A stretch of DNA of 64,000 nt from Candidatus Saccharimonadales bacterium (GTDB lineage: Bacteria; Patescibacteriota; Saccharimonadia; Saccharimonadales; JANWIN01). Shown here in pieces: positions 1 through 10,567 of the stretch (position 1 is the first letter of the stretch; each line of letters begins with the position of its first letter). The DNA is taken from contig JBBRLY010000012.1 in assembly GCA_038231155.1 (NCBI GenBank), positions 64,645 to 128,644 of the forward strand, written 5' to 3'. The notes under the pieces are model-generated. The model saw nothing but the letters and a program-made list of their open reading frames with translations. It made no database searches and was not told the origin of the DNA. Position numbers and translations under genes: made by a program.

Positions 1-45
1 GCTCAAAAGCTAGAACTAAATATTTAAAGCCTATACCCTAGTTGT

Positions 46-1104
46 ATGATAACCGACATTAGACTGCAACACTTTAGATCTTATAAAGATTCAGCCTATG
101 AGCTGGACAAGGGTGTCAATATTATTGTTGGGCCAAATGGTAGTGGCAAAACCAACCTACTAGAGGCCTTACTGGTATTAACCAACGGTAGTTCTTACCG
201 GGCTAAAACCAGCGAATTAATTAAGTTTAAAAGTTCTTGGGCTCGCTTAGATGCCCACACAGTTGAAGGTGGCCAAAGAACTGTAAAAATAAATGCTTCT
301 GAAGCCTATCCTGTAAAAACCTTTGATATTAACTCCAGGCCATACAAGCGATTACCCCTGGCTCAAACTTTGCCGACGGTACTATTTGAGCCTCAGCATT
401 TACTACTGCTTAGCGGACGACCGGATCTAAGGCGTGAATTTATTGATGATCTACTTGAACAATCAATAATCGGCTTTGGCGAAACCCGGAGGGCCTATAA
501 GCGGGCGGTTTATCAACGCAATAATTTATTAAAAAAGGGTCCACAGCTGGCCCAGTCTCAACTTTTTGCCTGGGATATTAGAGTCAGTGAATTAGGCGGC
601 CAAATCGTTAAGCACCGACTAGAAATAGTTGAGAAACTTGCCGGTCAAATAGGCAGCCTATATAAGCATCTGTCTAGTAGTAAAGCTAATGTTAACCTAA
701 GCTATGACAGCTCATTAGCTCTACCTAACTACAGTACTAACTTACTTAATAAATTAGAGTCCAGCAGTGACCTTGATTTTATCCGCGGTTTTACCAGCCA
801 TGGGCCGCACCGCGATGACCTTAAGATTGAAATTAATAAACATATTGCTCAGGACGTAGCTTCACGCGGCGAAAACCGGACTATTTTACTGGCTCTAAAA
901 ATTATGGAACTGCAAATATTACAGAAACTGCGAGATCAAAAACCATTGCTACTTTTAGATGACGTTTTTAGTGAGCTAGATGGATCACGCCGCCGGGCTT
1001 TAACTGGCTATCTAAAAGACTATCAGACTTTTATTACTACAACTGACGCTGATTTAGTGATCCACGACTTTGCTCAAAAGTGTAATATTATTCCGCTTGG
1101 CTAG
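46..1104 (+). CDS. recF: DNA replication and repair protein RecF
   Basis: Walker A GPNGSGKTNLLEA near N-terminus, Walker B-like LLLDDVFSELD near C-terminus, ~350 aa SMC-like architecture typical of RecF. Confidence 0.9.
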   Translation: MITDIRLQHFRSYKDSAYELDKGVNIIVGPNGSGKTNLLEALLVLTNGSSYRAKTSELIKFKSSWARLDAHTVEGGQRTVKINASEAYPVKTFDINSRPYKRLPLAQTLPTVLFEPQHLLLLSGRPDLRREFIDDLLEQSIIGFGETRRAYKRAVYQRNNLLKKGPQLAQSQLFAWDIRVSELGGQIVKHRLEIVEKLAGQIGSLYKHLSSSKANVNLSYDSSLALPNYSTNLLNKLESSSDLDFIRGFTSHGPHRDDLKIEINKHIAQDVASRGENRTILLALKIMELQILQKLRDQKPLLLLDDVFSELDGSRRRALTGYLKDYQTFITTTDADLVIHDFAQKCNIIPLG

Positions 1105-1112
1105 AAGTAGCT

Positions 1113-1817
1113 TTATTCAAGCCCGCGGATAACGAAATAATCAATTCTTTCTTTTTGAGTATCTATTCCATGATCTGTCATATACTTTAGAGCTGCCGCT
1201 TTTTGGGTAGCAACTGGTGAGTTTGTCACTCTTACCAGGAAATAATCATCACTTTCGATATATTCAATTGAATAATTATCGTTGGTATATGGTAAAGACT
1301 TAATAAATTTGTTTCTGGCACTATTAACATCCTGAGTTTGATCGGTTTGATTAATTTGCTGTTGCTGTTGATCGGCAGGCAACTCATTAAACGGTACGTA
1401 CGTAACATTAAAGCTTAGTGTAATATCTGGCAGAGTTTTGCCTTGCTCTGATTTAATGTGAGTTAAGTGCATGGTATAGGGTTGGGATGTAAGTCCTTGA
1501 ATGCCGGGTTTAAAAACAACTTTTTTACCACTAATACTTACTGAACCGGGTGTCTCCGGACTGATAGCTACAATATTAAAGTCAAACCCAGTGCTGTAGT
1601 TTTGGCTATCAGTAGAGGTACTGTTAGCTTTAGCTAAGTTTTGATTAAAATAAAAGCTAACAATCTGAGTTGTTGGGACATTTTGTGAGCCATTGGCTGG
1701 ATCGGTTCTAACAAGATGAAATTGATGACCCGTTATAACGGCATAAATAATTACCAAAATAAGAACGGCCAAAATCCCAAAAATAATAACTGTACGCTTC
1801 ATTTTAGTCTGCCCCAC
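1113..1817 (-). CDS. membrane-anchored hypothetical protein, last gene of the T4SS-like operon
   Basis: Single N-terminal hydrophobic helix (VIIFGILAVLILVIIYAVI); its start overlaps the stop of the upstream hydrolase gene by 19 nt; no catalytic motif recognised. Confidence 0.5.
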   Translation of the reverse strand: MGQTKMKRTVIIFGILAVLILVIIYAVITGHQFHLVRTDPANGSQNVPTTQIVSFYFNQNLAKANSTSTDSQNYSTGFDFNIVAISPETPGSVSISGKKVVFKPGIQGLTSQPYTMHLTHIKSEQGKTLPDITLSFNVTYVPFNELPADQQQQQINQTDQTQDVNSARNKFIKSLPYTNDNYSIEYIESDDYFLVRVTNSPVATQKAAALKYMTDHGIDTQKERIDYFVIRGLE

Positions 1818-3043
1818 CCGATTATACGATTAGACGACGGATAATTAGTATAAGTGTTACGCTTGACGCTATTACTGGCATTGCCTTCAATTGTCGTGAT
1901 AGTCGTACCGCTGACGGTTTCAACTATACCAGCATGGTCAAGGTTACCACTGGTATCAGCATTACTACCGGAGTTACTAAAGATGACCACATCACCTGGT
2001 TGGGGTGCTGTCGCAGTTGGAAGGTTTTGGTAGAAGTTAGCATTGGCCTTAAACCAACTTTCTAGCCCTGGCACGCCGGGTAGCCTCCATCCACCGCTTT
2101 CTCCTCCGGTGAATGATACCCCAGCTGTCATATATACCCAACTCACAAAATTAGCACACCAGGATTGACAGATACCACCCATATACTTGTTGTTAACAGA
2201 TGGTAAACAGTTTGAGCCATCTGGCTGCTCATGAACATTAAAAGCTAACTCCGCTTCGGCAACCGCCACAATTTTACTACCCACTGCGCTACCACCAGCC
2301 GAGCAATCAACACCCGGATTTGGTTGGCTAGTTATTTTGTTGATGGTTTGAGTAGCGTTATTAACGTAATCGCTGGACTTATTTCCGACACTATCTGTCG
2401 CTCCGTTGGCATTACCGGTTAACCACTTATTGATAATCCTATCAAACGTACTAACGCTTGGATCATTAACGTATCCGGTCTTTAAACGGTTGAAAACGCT
2501 GTTACCTGCGGTCAGACTGGCTTCAAATGATGGAAAAATTATCCAAGTAAATCCACCAACCCGTAATCCAGGATCGCCACTACCAGCAGTCATACCAAAC
2601 GCGTTATGGGTGCCTTGATTAATTCCCCCGCTTCTTTGATCGGAACCTATACCAGACTCTTGAGCCCCAATCGCTATCACTAACATTGGATTCACGCCTG
2701 TGGCCTTTCCTTGGGCGACTAAAGTGGCACCTAAGGTTGGAATTTGTAAGAACGGCGAATTAGGATATGATTTTTGAATAAAACTGGTTAAAGCAGCTGC
2801 AAAAGCTGTTTCATCTGTAATATTAGGTAAACTACCGGAAATACAACCACCGGCAACACCGCTTTGTGAAGACTCATCGTTAATTTTCCAGTTTACCCAG
2901 GTACCGTTTATAGCATCAATATCATCCTGCGGAAGTGGCGCGGCGTGAACAGCTCCAGAATGGAAAACTAAACATAGCAACGTGTAGCAACAAACTACTA
3001 ATATTTGACCAGTTCTTGAAGTAGCATTCTTTAGACTTTTCAT
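1799..3043 (-). CDS. secreted peptidoglycan hydrolase, SLT/lysozyme-like N-domain plus C-terminal CHAP amidase/peptidase domain (VirB1-like)
   Basis: Signal-peptide-like N-terminus; AIGAQESGIG resembles the SLT catalytic E-S motif; C-terminal CQSWCANFVSWVY ... GDVVIF ... DHAGIVE matches the CHAP Cys/His pattern; same two-domain design as pIP501 TraG / pCF10 PrgK. Confidence 0.75.
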   Translation of the reverse strand: MKSLKNATSRTGQILVVCCYTLLCLVFHSGAVHAAPLPQDDIDAINGTWVNWKINDESSQSGVAGGCISGSLPNITDETAFAAALTSFIQKSYPNSPFLQIPTLGATLVAQGKATGVNPMLVIAIGAQESGIGSDQRSGGINQGTHNAFGMTAGSGDPGLRVGGFTWIIFPSFEASLTAGNSVFNRLKTGYVNDPSVSTFDRIINKWLTGNANGATDSVGNKSSDYVNNATQTINKITSQPNPGVDCSAGGSAVGSKIVAVAEAELAFNVHEQPDGSNCLPSVNNKYMGGICQSWCANFVSWVYMTAGVSFTGGESGGWRLPGVPGLESWFKANANFYQNLPTATAPQPGDVVIFSNSGSNADTSGNLDHAGIVETVSGTTITTIEGNASNSVKRNTYTNYPSSNRIIGWGRLK

Positions 3044-3062
3044 ATTACTAAGTCTTTAATTA

Positions 3063-6000
3063 TTACTGCCACGTTGGCCATCCATTCGGTAGAGGAATAT
3101 TGCTGACATCGCTTGTTAAGTGTCCCGGCGGTGCACCCAGACTTTGCAGAAGCTGCGAAAAGTTTATACCAAGTTGAGTGCTAAGATTCTCATGGTAAAT
3201 TGCATGAGCTAAGGCATGCTCACCAAACCCAGGTTCAGCCCAGCCAGTTTCAATACCAGGGCCTTTAGGAACTTCAAACATATTACAAATAACTGTATCC
3301 GCTGTTACACTTTGTCCAGGACCGATAGTCGGAGTACAATCCTCGGCAAAATATACAAACTTGCCAGCTGCCGGACCGTCTTTAAGTTGGTAAGAAATCC
3401 AGCCTCCACCCGGCCATCCGGCACCACTACTAGCGTCAATAACAGTGCCGTTACCCAGAGCGTAAATTGGTCCAACGCCATGGTAGTCGACGCCCTGATC
3501 TATTCTAGTCGGGCTTAAGCCTTTGACATCACGTAAAGGATTTTTATAACCAGTTGGGCTAGTCGGTGCTGTAGATGGAGTGGTTTGGGTTGCAGCAGCA
3601 CCCCCACTTAAGTCATCAGGCGTAAGCACATCAGTAGAGTAATAACCGCCATCGCTACCGACAGTTGATTGGATTAATAGGCAAGGATCAACATTGGTAT
3701 TTTCCAACTGCCCATTATCTTGATTAACACTATTAACGGAGTCTTGATTCCAGGCTTGAGTCTTGGAACTATCCTGACAGTTTTGGTTCCAGTAAGTTTC
3801 AGGATCAGTAGGGATTTGGTTGTCTGGATATCCATATTGAGTGATACCAAAAGGATCAGGACTAGTAGAAGCCGCTTCAGCTTTACCAGGTGTAAAGACT
3901 GAAGCTAAGCCATGAATTAATTTATCAAACGGATTACTAACTATGCTGCTAAATGTACCGTTGACTGCCGAGCTTTTGTCCAACGGTATCGTCATAGCCA
4001 TTCTGGATACAAGCGAAAACTGACTGTCTTTACTGAACATCCGAGCCAAAAATGGTCGCTTCTGGAATTCATACTTAGCCTGAGCAGTTTGTTCATTAAC
4101 AATATTAGCTGCTTGCTGAGACGAAATTGCTTGTGCTCCCAAACCGTGGTGGGCAAAGTCATTACCTGAAACATCAGCCCCGCCAGCCATCAGGTTGAAA
4201 GTTCGAGCTCCACTCATATCCGTACCTAAGGGATTTGGAAATACAAAGTTTGCGACAATCTTAAATATCGGCTGAGCCAGTTTACCGACTAAACTACTTA
4301 CATAACTTAAGGCGTCGGAAAAACCAGGTATATTGCCAACTATACCGCTGATAACGCTACCTACAAATCCTAAACCTTTACCTACTGTTCCATTCCAGAC
4401 CGAAGCCAAAGTCCCTATGCCTGCCAAATCACCAGAGTTTAACTGATCACTAATACTACTTAAAGTTGCGTTACCGCCGTTTAGTTGTTCTTCAGAACAG
4501 ACTTTTCCAGTGGATGGTATGCTGCCATCATTACAACTATTGGTACCAGAAATATTGTTGGGATCGGGTTTTATTGATGCTGCGTAAACTTTACTTGGTT
4601 GCGTAAAGCCAGTAGAACTAGAACCACTTGATCCATTGACTATTTGGTCATAAACAGGTGAGGCTTCAGCTGTTGCTGTACCACCTACTTGGTTCGGATC
4701 AATACCTTTGGCATTTAGACCGTCCGGATTGTGATAGCCTGGCCCCAAAGAGTCATTAAAAGAACCGGCTTCATTAGGATCAACATGCCCCGCTTTAAGC
4801 TGGTCGGCATATGTCCGGTATGTCATATATACACCCACCATCGCTGCAGCTCCAATAGCGTACTTGGCAGCTTTAGCCGCAGGACCAAGTTTTTGCAAAC
4901 CGCCAATTATTTGAGATGCCAAATTAACCCAACCAATTACTGGCAAAGCTTTATCTACTGACTGGGCAGCGGCTTGTTGAGCGGCCTCGTCTCCACCGGC
5001 TTGTCCGACAAGTGAAATGGCCAATTGTTTTACGAAATAATTACCTAGGCCATTATCAGCTACATCTTGGTAGAGTTTAAAGGCATCATCTGTGAGATAG
5101 CGGGCAACTAATTTATCCAAGGTAGTACGCATTTCCCTTTGGCCTTGGGTTTCGGCTTCTCCATTTAGTTCACAGTCTTTTCCTTCACTGCAAGGGACAG
5201 TTGTAGCATGTGATGGCTCACAATCTTTTTGGCCCAGCAAACACAGCAGAGCTGTACCTAGAATTTGACTTCTTGGTAGTATTACCCGCTGCGCTATATA
5301 TACTTGTGCTGCTCGTTTAGGTTTTTGCAAGGTATCGTTTATGCTCTCCACGGCCCTATTTTTTTTGCAACCTAAATCTGTTAGACATCTTTTAATACCG
5401 AATTTTTGCTCAATAAACTTGCCAAACTTAAAACGAAGTATTACCTGCTTCCACTTAGATTCTTTACTTATAGCATCATCAACAGCTTGTCTAACCTGGG
5501 TTCTATTAACTTGAGTAAATATATTCTCCGGCGAGGCAATATCGACCGCTGCTGGTGAGCTTAGACCTGGAGCCCGTAAAAAATACTGACGACTAACAGT
5601 ATTATATTTAAGTTCAATACCATAGGTATCACGTAGGCTACTTTCAAGTTTATTGTTATGCCATACTTTATATAAATTTGATATAGGTGATCCGGTTCCA
5701 TTCATATAAGGCGGTGTACAACCAGTTCTTACAACGCTGCCTTGACACTGCTTGGCATTAATTTTAAATAGTCCACTGACAAGGTTATTTGTTTCTTTTT
5801 GAACAGCATTTTCTTCGGAAGAGAAAAATCGGCTATGCAGGCTCTCAACAATTCCAATAATTTTAAGTGGTAAAAGTGACACGAAGCCAAAAATTATTAT
5901 TCCAATAATACCGCCACCAATGCCGGCCCCAAAGATGGCCCGGCGGCGGCCTTTACCGCCAAAAACTAGTTGCCTGCCTCGGCCAACCCTAGAATGATCT

Positions 6001-6260
6001 TCTGGGTTATAGCCCTCACCTATTTGGCCAGATTCAGATTCATCGGCCTTACTGGCAGTAGGTGATTCTGCGCCTTTTTCTTTTTTAGCCAGAGCTTCAG
6101 GTGCCGATGATTTTGAGCCACTATCTTCTGCGGCACCTTCCTGGGCCGACTGATCCATATCTGATTCTTCTTCAGGCGATATTCCAGTAAGTTCACGCAT
6201 ATGTGCATCGTCTTGATCGTCTTTGTTTTTTTCTTTATCGTATACGGATAATGCTGCCAT
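3063..6260 (-). CDS. large (1065 aa) T4SS-associated membrane protein with charged N-terminal tail, TM segment and big ectodomain; possible degenerate LytM/M23-like C-terminal domain
   Basis: Long uninterrupted ORF; acidic/lysine-rich first ~100 aa then GIGGGIIGIIIFGFVSLLPL hydrophobic segment; C-terminal DQGVDY..G.PIYALGNGTV..GIETGW follows M23 strand order but lacks HxxxD/HxH. Confidence 0.45.
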   Translation of the reverse strand: MAALSVYDKEKNKDDQDDAHMRELTGISPEEESDMDQSAQEGAAEDSGSKSSAPEALAKKEKGAESPTASKADESESGQIGEGYNPEDHSRVGRGRQLVFGGKGRRRAIFGAGIGGGIIGIIIFGFVSLLPLKIIGIVESLHSRFFSSEENAVQKETNNLVSGLFKINAKQCQGSVVRTGCTPPYMNGTGSPISNLYKVWHNNKLESSLRDTYGIELKYNTVSRQYFLRAPGLSSPAAVDIASPENIFTQVNRTQVRQAVDDAISKESKWKQVILRFKFGKFIEQKFGIKRCLTDLGCKKNRAVESINDTLQKPKRAAQVYIAQRVILPRSQILGTALLCLLGQKDCEPSHATTVPCSEGKDCELNGEAETQGQREMRTTLDKLVARYLTDDAFKLYQDVADNGLGNYFVKQLAISLVGQAGGDEAAQQAAAQSVDKALPVIGWVNLASQIIGGLQKLGPAAKAAKYAIGAAAMVGVYMTYRTYADQLKAGHVDPNEAGSFNDSLGPGYHNPDGLNAKGIDPNQVGGTATAEASPVYDQIVNGSSGSSSTGFTQPSKVYAASIKPDPNNISGTNSCNDGSIPSTGKVCSEEQLNGGNATLSSISDQLNSGDLAGIGTLASVWNGTVGKGLGFVGSVISGIVGNIPGFSDALSYVSSLVGKLAQPIFKIVANFVFPNPLGTDMSGARTFNLMAGGADVSGNDFAHHGLGAQAISSQQAANIVNEQTAQAKYEFQKRPFLARMFSKDSQFSLVSRMAMTIPLDKSSAVNGTFSSIVSNPFDKLIHGLASVFTPGKAEAASTSPDPFGITQYGYPDNQIPTDPETYWNQNCQDSSKTQAWNQDSVNSVNQDNGQLENTNVDPCLLIQSTVGSDGGYYSTDVLTPDDLSGGAAATQTTPSTAPTSPTGYKNPLRDVKGLSPTRIDQGVDYHGVGPIYALGNGTVIDASSGAGWPGGGWISYQLKDGPAAGKFVYFAEDCTPTIGPGQSVTADTVICNMFEVPKGPGIETGWAEPGFGEHALAHAIYHENLSTQLGINFSQLLQSLGAPPGHLTSDVSNIPLPNGWPTWQ

Positions 6261-6280
6261 GTGTAATTACTTATTTGATT

Positions 6281-8233
6281 CTAGACACCAGGAGTTAAGC
6301 GATTATCTAAATCGATTGTGCCTTGAGGTGGAGGAGCTACTTGACCACCAGCCACATTAAACTCACCTTGCTGTTGTTGTTCGATTTGCTGGACTTGAGC
6401 CGGATTGGTCGTAATCAGACCCATTTCGGTAGGGCTAGCGGCAATTTGGATATGTACGTGGCTCTGACCGGCAAAAAATAGACCTTGACCAACTGGAAAT
6501 TGACTTAATCTTTTCTTCTCTTCACTAGTCAGTTTAAATACATCGGTCAATACGTCAACAGCGGATGAGGACTGCTTTAAAAGTAACTGCATAGAAGCAT
6601 TAGCTACAATTGCTCGGCCCATGCGGCTGCCCATAAAATCTTCAACGTCTTGGCTGATAGTAGTTAAACCTAGGTTATATTTACGAGCTCGCTTAGCTAG
6701 ACTGAACATAAAGCTTGCTGAATCTTCATATCTCATAAGCTGCCAGGCTTCATCGATTATTAGCATGCGTCTTTTTTTATCACTCTTGGTTTTGTTCCAA
6801 ATAAAGTTCAAGACAATATACATGGCTACAGGGCGAAGCTCGTCTTCTAAATCACGGATATTAAAAACTACAAATGGATTATTAATGTCTATATTGCTTT
6901 GTTGAGAAAATATACCGGCAAAGGTACCGGACGTGTATTTGCGTAATCGCTGTGCCAATTGTGGCCCAGTGCCACCCATGTGCAGCAGTGTATCGTACAG
7001 TTCATTAATAGTTGGCGGAGTACCTATATGAGTCAATGGATCATTCGTAATCCCAGCTTTGGCATAGGTCTCAATTAAGGCTGCATCCAGATCAGCCTCT
7101 TCAACGGGGGTTAAGGCTGGCAAAGTCGCAACATTACCGCCGACCATTTGAGCTTGAGCTCCACCCATCATAAGACGCAGTAGTCCATGCAGCGTTATTA
7201 AGTTACTACGCAGGGCATTATCGGCTTCATCACTATCGACAACTTGCGGTAAATCAAACGGGTTAATGCGTGTGGCCGAGTTTAAACTCAAACGCACATA
7301 AGACCCACCAACAGCTTCACACATCCGTTGATACTCATTCTCTGGGTCAATTACAAAGATCTCAGTGCCAAACATTAAACTGCGTAGAGCTTCCAACTTA
7401 ACAGCAAAACTTTTACCGGCTCCCGATTTGGCAAACACCACACTATTGCCGTTTTCCAAACTAAATCGGTCAAAAATTACTAGTCCGGAGTTATGCATAT
7501 TAATGCCATATAAAATACCGCTATCTTGCGAAAGGTCAGCGCTAGTAAACGGAAAACTTGTACTAATTGCCCCAGTATTCATGTTGCGTCTAATTTGCAG
7601 TTGATCACTAAACTGAGGGACGGTGCTATTAAATCCTTGTTCCTGCTGAGCACTAGCCGTTTTACTATAAACTAGCTGCTGGCCTAAAATAGACTCGACT
7701 TTATGTGAAATAAACTCCAGTTCGTCCATTGAAGATCCGTAAATAGTAAAATACATACCAAAACGGAAGAAACGTTCTTCGCCAACTTGCAACTTGTCGC
7801 GCATTTCCTCAGCATCTTGAATAGCGGCTTGTTTGCCCGGGTCTCGGACCTTACCCTTCTCATTGTCAATTTGGATACCGGCTTCCAGCTGGGTAACCTT
7901 TTTACGTAAGTTTTCTAGTACCACCTGGCTTTCAACAGGATATATGAACATAGATAAGTCCATTACCTCATCTAGATTGACCATGCTACTCATCCAACCA
8001 GTAAAAATCTGACGTGGATAACCATAAACGTAGAAGGTTCTAGCAAAGCGCGTACCAAGATGAAAAAAACCATTCTCAAACACTAAAGAACTAGGTGCGA
8101 TAAAATCCCGTAGAGCAGTTACACCCTTTTGGAAGGCGGCATTAACTTCCTGTTGTTCACGCATCTGCTGCTCTTGGGCCAGCACTACCGGATCAACTTT
8201 TGGCTTTCTGCCAAACATCAGGCTTTCTCCCAA
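6281..8233 (-). CDS. virB4: VirB4/TraE/PrgJ-family type IV secretion ATPase
   Basis: Walker A FAKSGAGKSFAVK, Walker B RRMLIIDEAWQL, 650 aa, N-terminal CagE/TrbE-type domain; sits between PrgI-like and hydrolase genes. Confidence 0.9.
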   Translation of the reverse strand: MGESLMFGRKPKVDPVVLAQEQQMREQQEVNAAFQKGVTALRDFIAPSSLVFENGFFHLGTRFARTFYVYGYPRQIFTGWMSSMVNLDEVMDLSMFIYPVESQVVLENLRKKVTQLEAGIQIDNEKGKVRDPGKQAAIQDAEEMRDKLQVGEERFFRFGMYFTIYGSSMDELEFISHKVESILGQQLVYSKTASAQQEQGFNSTVPQFSDQLQIRRNMNTGAISTSFPFTSADLSQDSGILYGINMHNSGLVIFDRFSLENGNSVVFAKSGAGKSFAVKLEALRSLMFGTEIFVIDPENEYQRMCEAVGGSYVRLSLNSATRINPFDLPQVVDSDEADNALRSNLITLHGLLRLMMGGAQAQMVGGNVATLPALTPVEEADLDAALIETYAKAGITNDPLTHIGTPPTINELYDTLLHMGGTGPQLAQRLRKYTSGTFAGIFSQQSNIDINNPFVVFNIRDLEDELRPVAMYIVLNFIWNKTKSDKKRRMLIIDEAWQLMRYEDSASFMFSLAKRARKYNLGLTTISQDVEDFMGSRMGRAIVANASMQLLLKQSSSAVDVLTDVFKLTSEEKKRLSQFPVGQGLFFAGQSHVHIQIAASPTEMGLITTNPAQVQQIEQQQQGEFNVAGGQVAPPPQGTIDLDNRLTPGV

Positions 8234-8276
8234 TGGTCGAAACTAAAACCTAGATTCTGGTTTTGCTTAAAGCCGG

Positions 8277-9212
8277 TCATTTCAGTTCCCTATCTAAATT
8301 AGGTTGTCGAGCGTCACCTACTCCCTTGGTTACTACCGGCGTAGACAAATCATTGAAGTTTTTAAGTTCCTGGCGGGTAGCAGTATCGGGGTTATATACA
8401 TCATAATAAAGTTCAATTAGTTCCTGGGTATCAAGTGGTAGGCCCTGAATACCACATTGCAACAAACCACCCAACACAGCCTGAACCCGGTTACGTAGTT
8501 CGGCCTTAGCTTTTTCTAAATCATTCTCGTTAACGGTTACGTGTCGCTCCTTATTATTGAACAAAGCTGCTACACCGCTGAAAAGGTTTTTACTGGCAGT
8601 AAAGGCTTTTTGAATATCGACTGTCGGGAAATAGGGAATAATTAGGTAGAACTTCTTATCCATAATGTTGGTTTGTTGAGCCAACTGATCCATGTAGACA
8701 ATGTAATCTTCCATCATAAGCGCCAGCAGCATATTTTCATGCTCAGTCCGGATTTTATCCAACTTTTGAATGTATGGGCCGAGATCAACTTTTCGGGAGT
8801 GAATAAAAATTTGGATCGGGAAATAAAGTGAGTTTAAAAAGCCTTGGTAACTGTATTCCACAGCTTCTCTTTCTTGGGGACTCATCAGATCAAAGTTAAT
8901 AGACTTTGCCATTACTACAGAACGGAAAGAGCCATCATTCATAATTACAAAGCCATCACGAATTTCGGCAATTTGCAGGGCATTTTGAGTACTGTTGGGG
9001 TTAGCTTTAATGATTGACGGTTGAGCAGCGGGCGGCTGGCTAGAAGCTTGTGGAGATTGCTGTGGAGGCGCATATTGACCATAAGTCGGTGGCTGCACTG
9101 TCGACGGTATTGGTTGATCATACGAATTAGAATCCCGCTGAGCCGGAGCATAAGGATTATTAGGTGGTGGAGGTGGTGGTTGGTTAGTTGGGTTAGGTAA
9201 GTCTGGATTCAT
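8277..9212 (-). CDS. T4SS accessory protein, Pro/Gln-rich N-terminus plus globular C-domain (function unknown)
   Basis: Operon position between PrgI-like and VirB4 genes; N-terminal 70 aa low-complexity P/Q; no motif recognised with certainty. Confidence 0.4.
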   Translation of the reverse strand: MNPDLPNPTNQPPPPPPNNPYAPAQRDSNSYDQPIPSTVQPPTYGQYAPPQQSPQASSQPPAAQPSIIKANPNSTQNALQIAEIRDGFVIMNDGSFRSVVMAKSINFDLMSPQEREAVEYSYQGFLNSLYFPIQIFIHSRKVDLGPYIQKLDKIRTEHENMLLALMMEDYIVYMDQLAQQTNIMDKKFYLIIPYFPTVDIQKAFTASKNLFSGVAALFNNKERHVTVNENDLEKAKAELRNRVQAVLGGLLQCGIQGLPLDTQELIELYYDVYNPDTATRQELKNFNDLSTPVVTKGVGDARQPNLDRELK

Positions 9213-9378
9213 AGCTAACTCATCATAATTTTAAAGTCTTCAAAATACTGCATGTTCTTAAATTCATTGACCTTGTGCCAAATCAAAAACAAAAACGGAA
9301 ATTTATTGGCGTTATGGAGTCTAACAAAATTCATGTATATAAGGCCACCCTCTGATGTTAGACGACCTTTGGGCCAGG

Positions 9379-10515
9379 TTAGCGGAGTGGAACCACAACC
9401 TCGTTATCGGGCGGCTCCGGCTCGGGCTTTTTATTAACTTGCCGAGCAATGGTGGCCACTGATAAGTCGTCATTATTAGCAAACTCAAGTATAGCAGGGT
9501 TAAGCGTTTTGCCGCTAGTGTTGGCTTCTCTGTTGCCGGTTTGTTTGACATGATGCTTAGATTTAGAGGCTGATTTATTTCGGCGCTTGGAGTTCAGCGG
9601 CTCAATTACTCTGGTATGACCGTAAGCAACTAGAGGTTTTTCACTTTGTTTATGCAGCTGATTTAGTAAAGTTTGTTCAGTCGAGGTTAAAGGTGCGTCT
9701 GGTAAATCGCTGTCATTGGTTCCCGGTGCAACTGTTTGGGTACCAGTAAAGGTAGCGTAATCCGGTGGTACTTTTTCGGGCTTAGGCTGGTGCATAAACC
9801 AAAAATCTGGTGTTGGAGGTCGGTTTTGATGATCGGCTTTTTTAAGATGTTTAGGTGTACGGGCGTTGTCTAAAGTCTTTAAGGCAGATTGCCGATGGTT
9901 TTTAGATGAATCAGCCACCATTTGACTGAGGTGTACGGCAGTCGGGTTATTTTGTTCGTCCATAATGTCATCAGCAGCATGAACTTCAACATTGGGTACT
10001 TCACGAGCCAAAGCAGATAAATCAATTAACCTATCCGTTGTACGGTTAGCCATAGCCGAAGGCTGGTTAAACATATTAACGCTGGCGTTTTTCACAGCCC
10101 AACCACGGCTATCTATGGTATCGGCCAGGGCTTTAAGCCGGCTCTTTACTTCAACTTGACTAAGATTATTACTGACATATTGGTCTGCGGCGTGCTTGGG
10201 GGCAGTGATGGTAACCAATTCCTGCATGCCTGTTTGATCCCAAATACGGTGGCGTGGCTTTAGGATGAACCGAATTTTAGCTAAAAGCCATATCTCTGTT
10301 GGTTGATCTCTTCCCCATGGAAAAGCTAAAAAACCACTGACTAGCATAACCGGTATTAGCGGTATAGCTAAGAACCAAACATGTCTGGTTAAGAAAAAGA
10401 AGCTCATATAGCCACATACAAAAAATATACAAGCTAATATGAACTGCTTAAGCGTTAACGGTCCGACAAACTTGTCTTCTGCTTCTATATCTTGTAATAC
10501 TTTATATCCGGCCAT
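9379..10515 (-). CDS. PrgI-family (VirB3-like) T4SS membrane protein with long C-terminal extension
   Basis: N-terminus YKVLQDIEAEDKFVGPLTLKQFILA followed by two hydrophobic helices, the hallmark of PrgI/VirB3-like proteins of monoderm T4SS. Confidence 0.65.
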   Translation of the reverse strand: MAGYKVLQDIEAEDKFVGPLTLKQFILACIFFVCGYMSFFFLTRHVWFLAIPLIPVMLVSGFLAFPWGRDQPTEIWLLAKIRFILKPRHRIWDQTGMQELVTITAPKHAADQYVSNNLSQVEVKSRLKALADTIDSRGWAVKNASVNMFNQPSAMANRTTDRLIDLSALAREVPNVEVHAADDIMDEQNNPTAVHLSQMVADSSKNHRQSALKTLDNARTPKHLKKADHQNRPPTPDFWFMHQPKPEKVPPDYATFTGTQTVAPGTNDSDLPDAPLTSTEQTLLNQLHKQSEKPLVAYGHTRVIEPLNSKRRNKSASKSKHHVKQTGNREANTSGKTLNPAILEFANNDDLSVATIARQVNKKPEPEPPDNEVVVPLR

Positions 10516-10567
10516 CAGAGTTTAATTATCGTTGAATAAAACATTACAGGCAAGTCTTAAGTGCATA

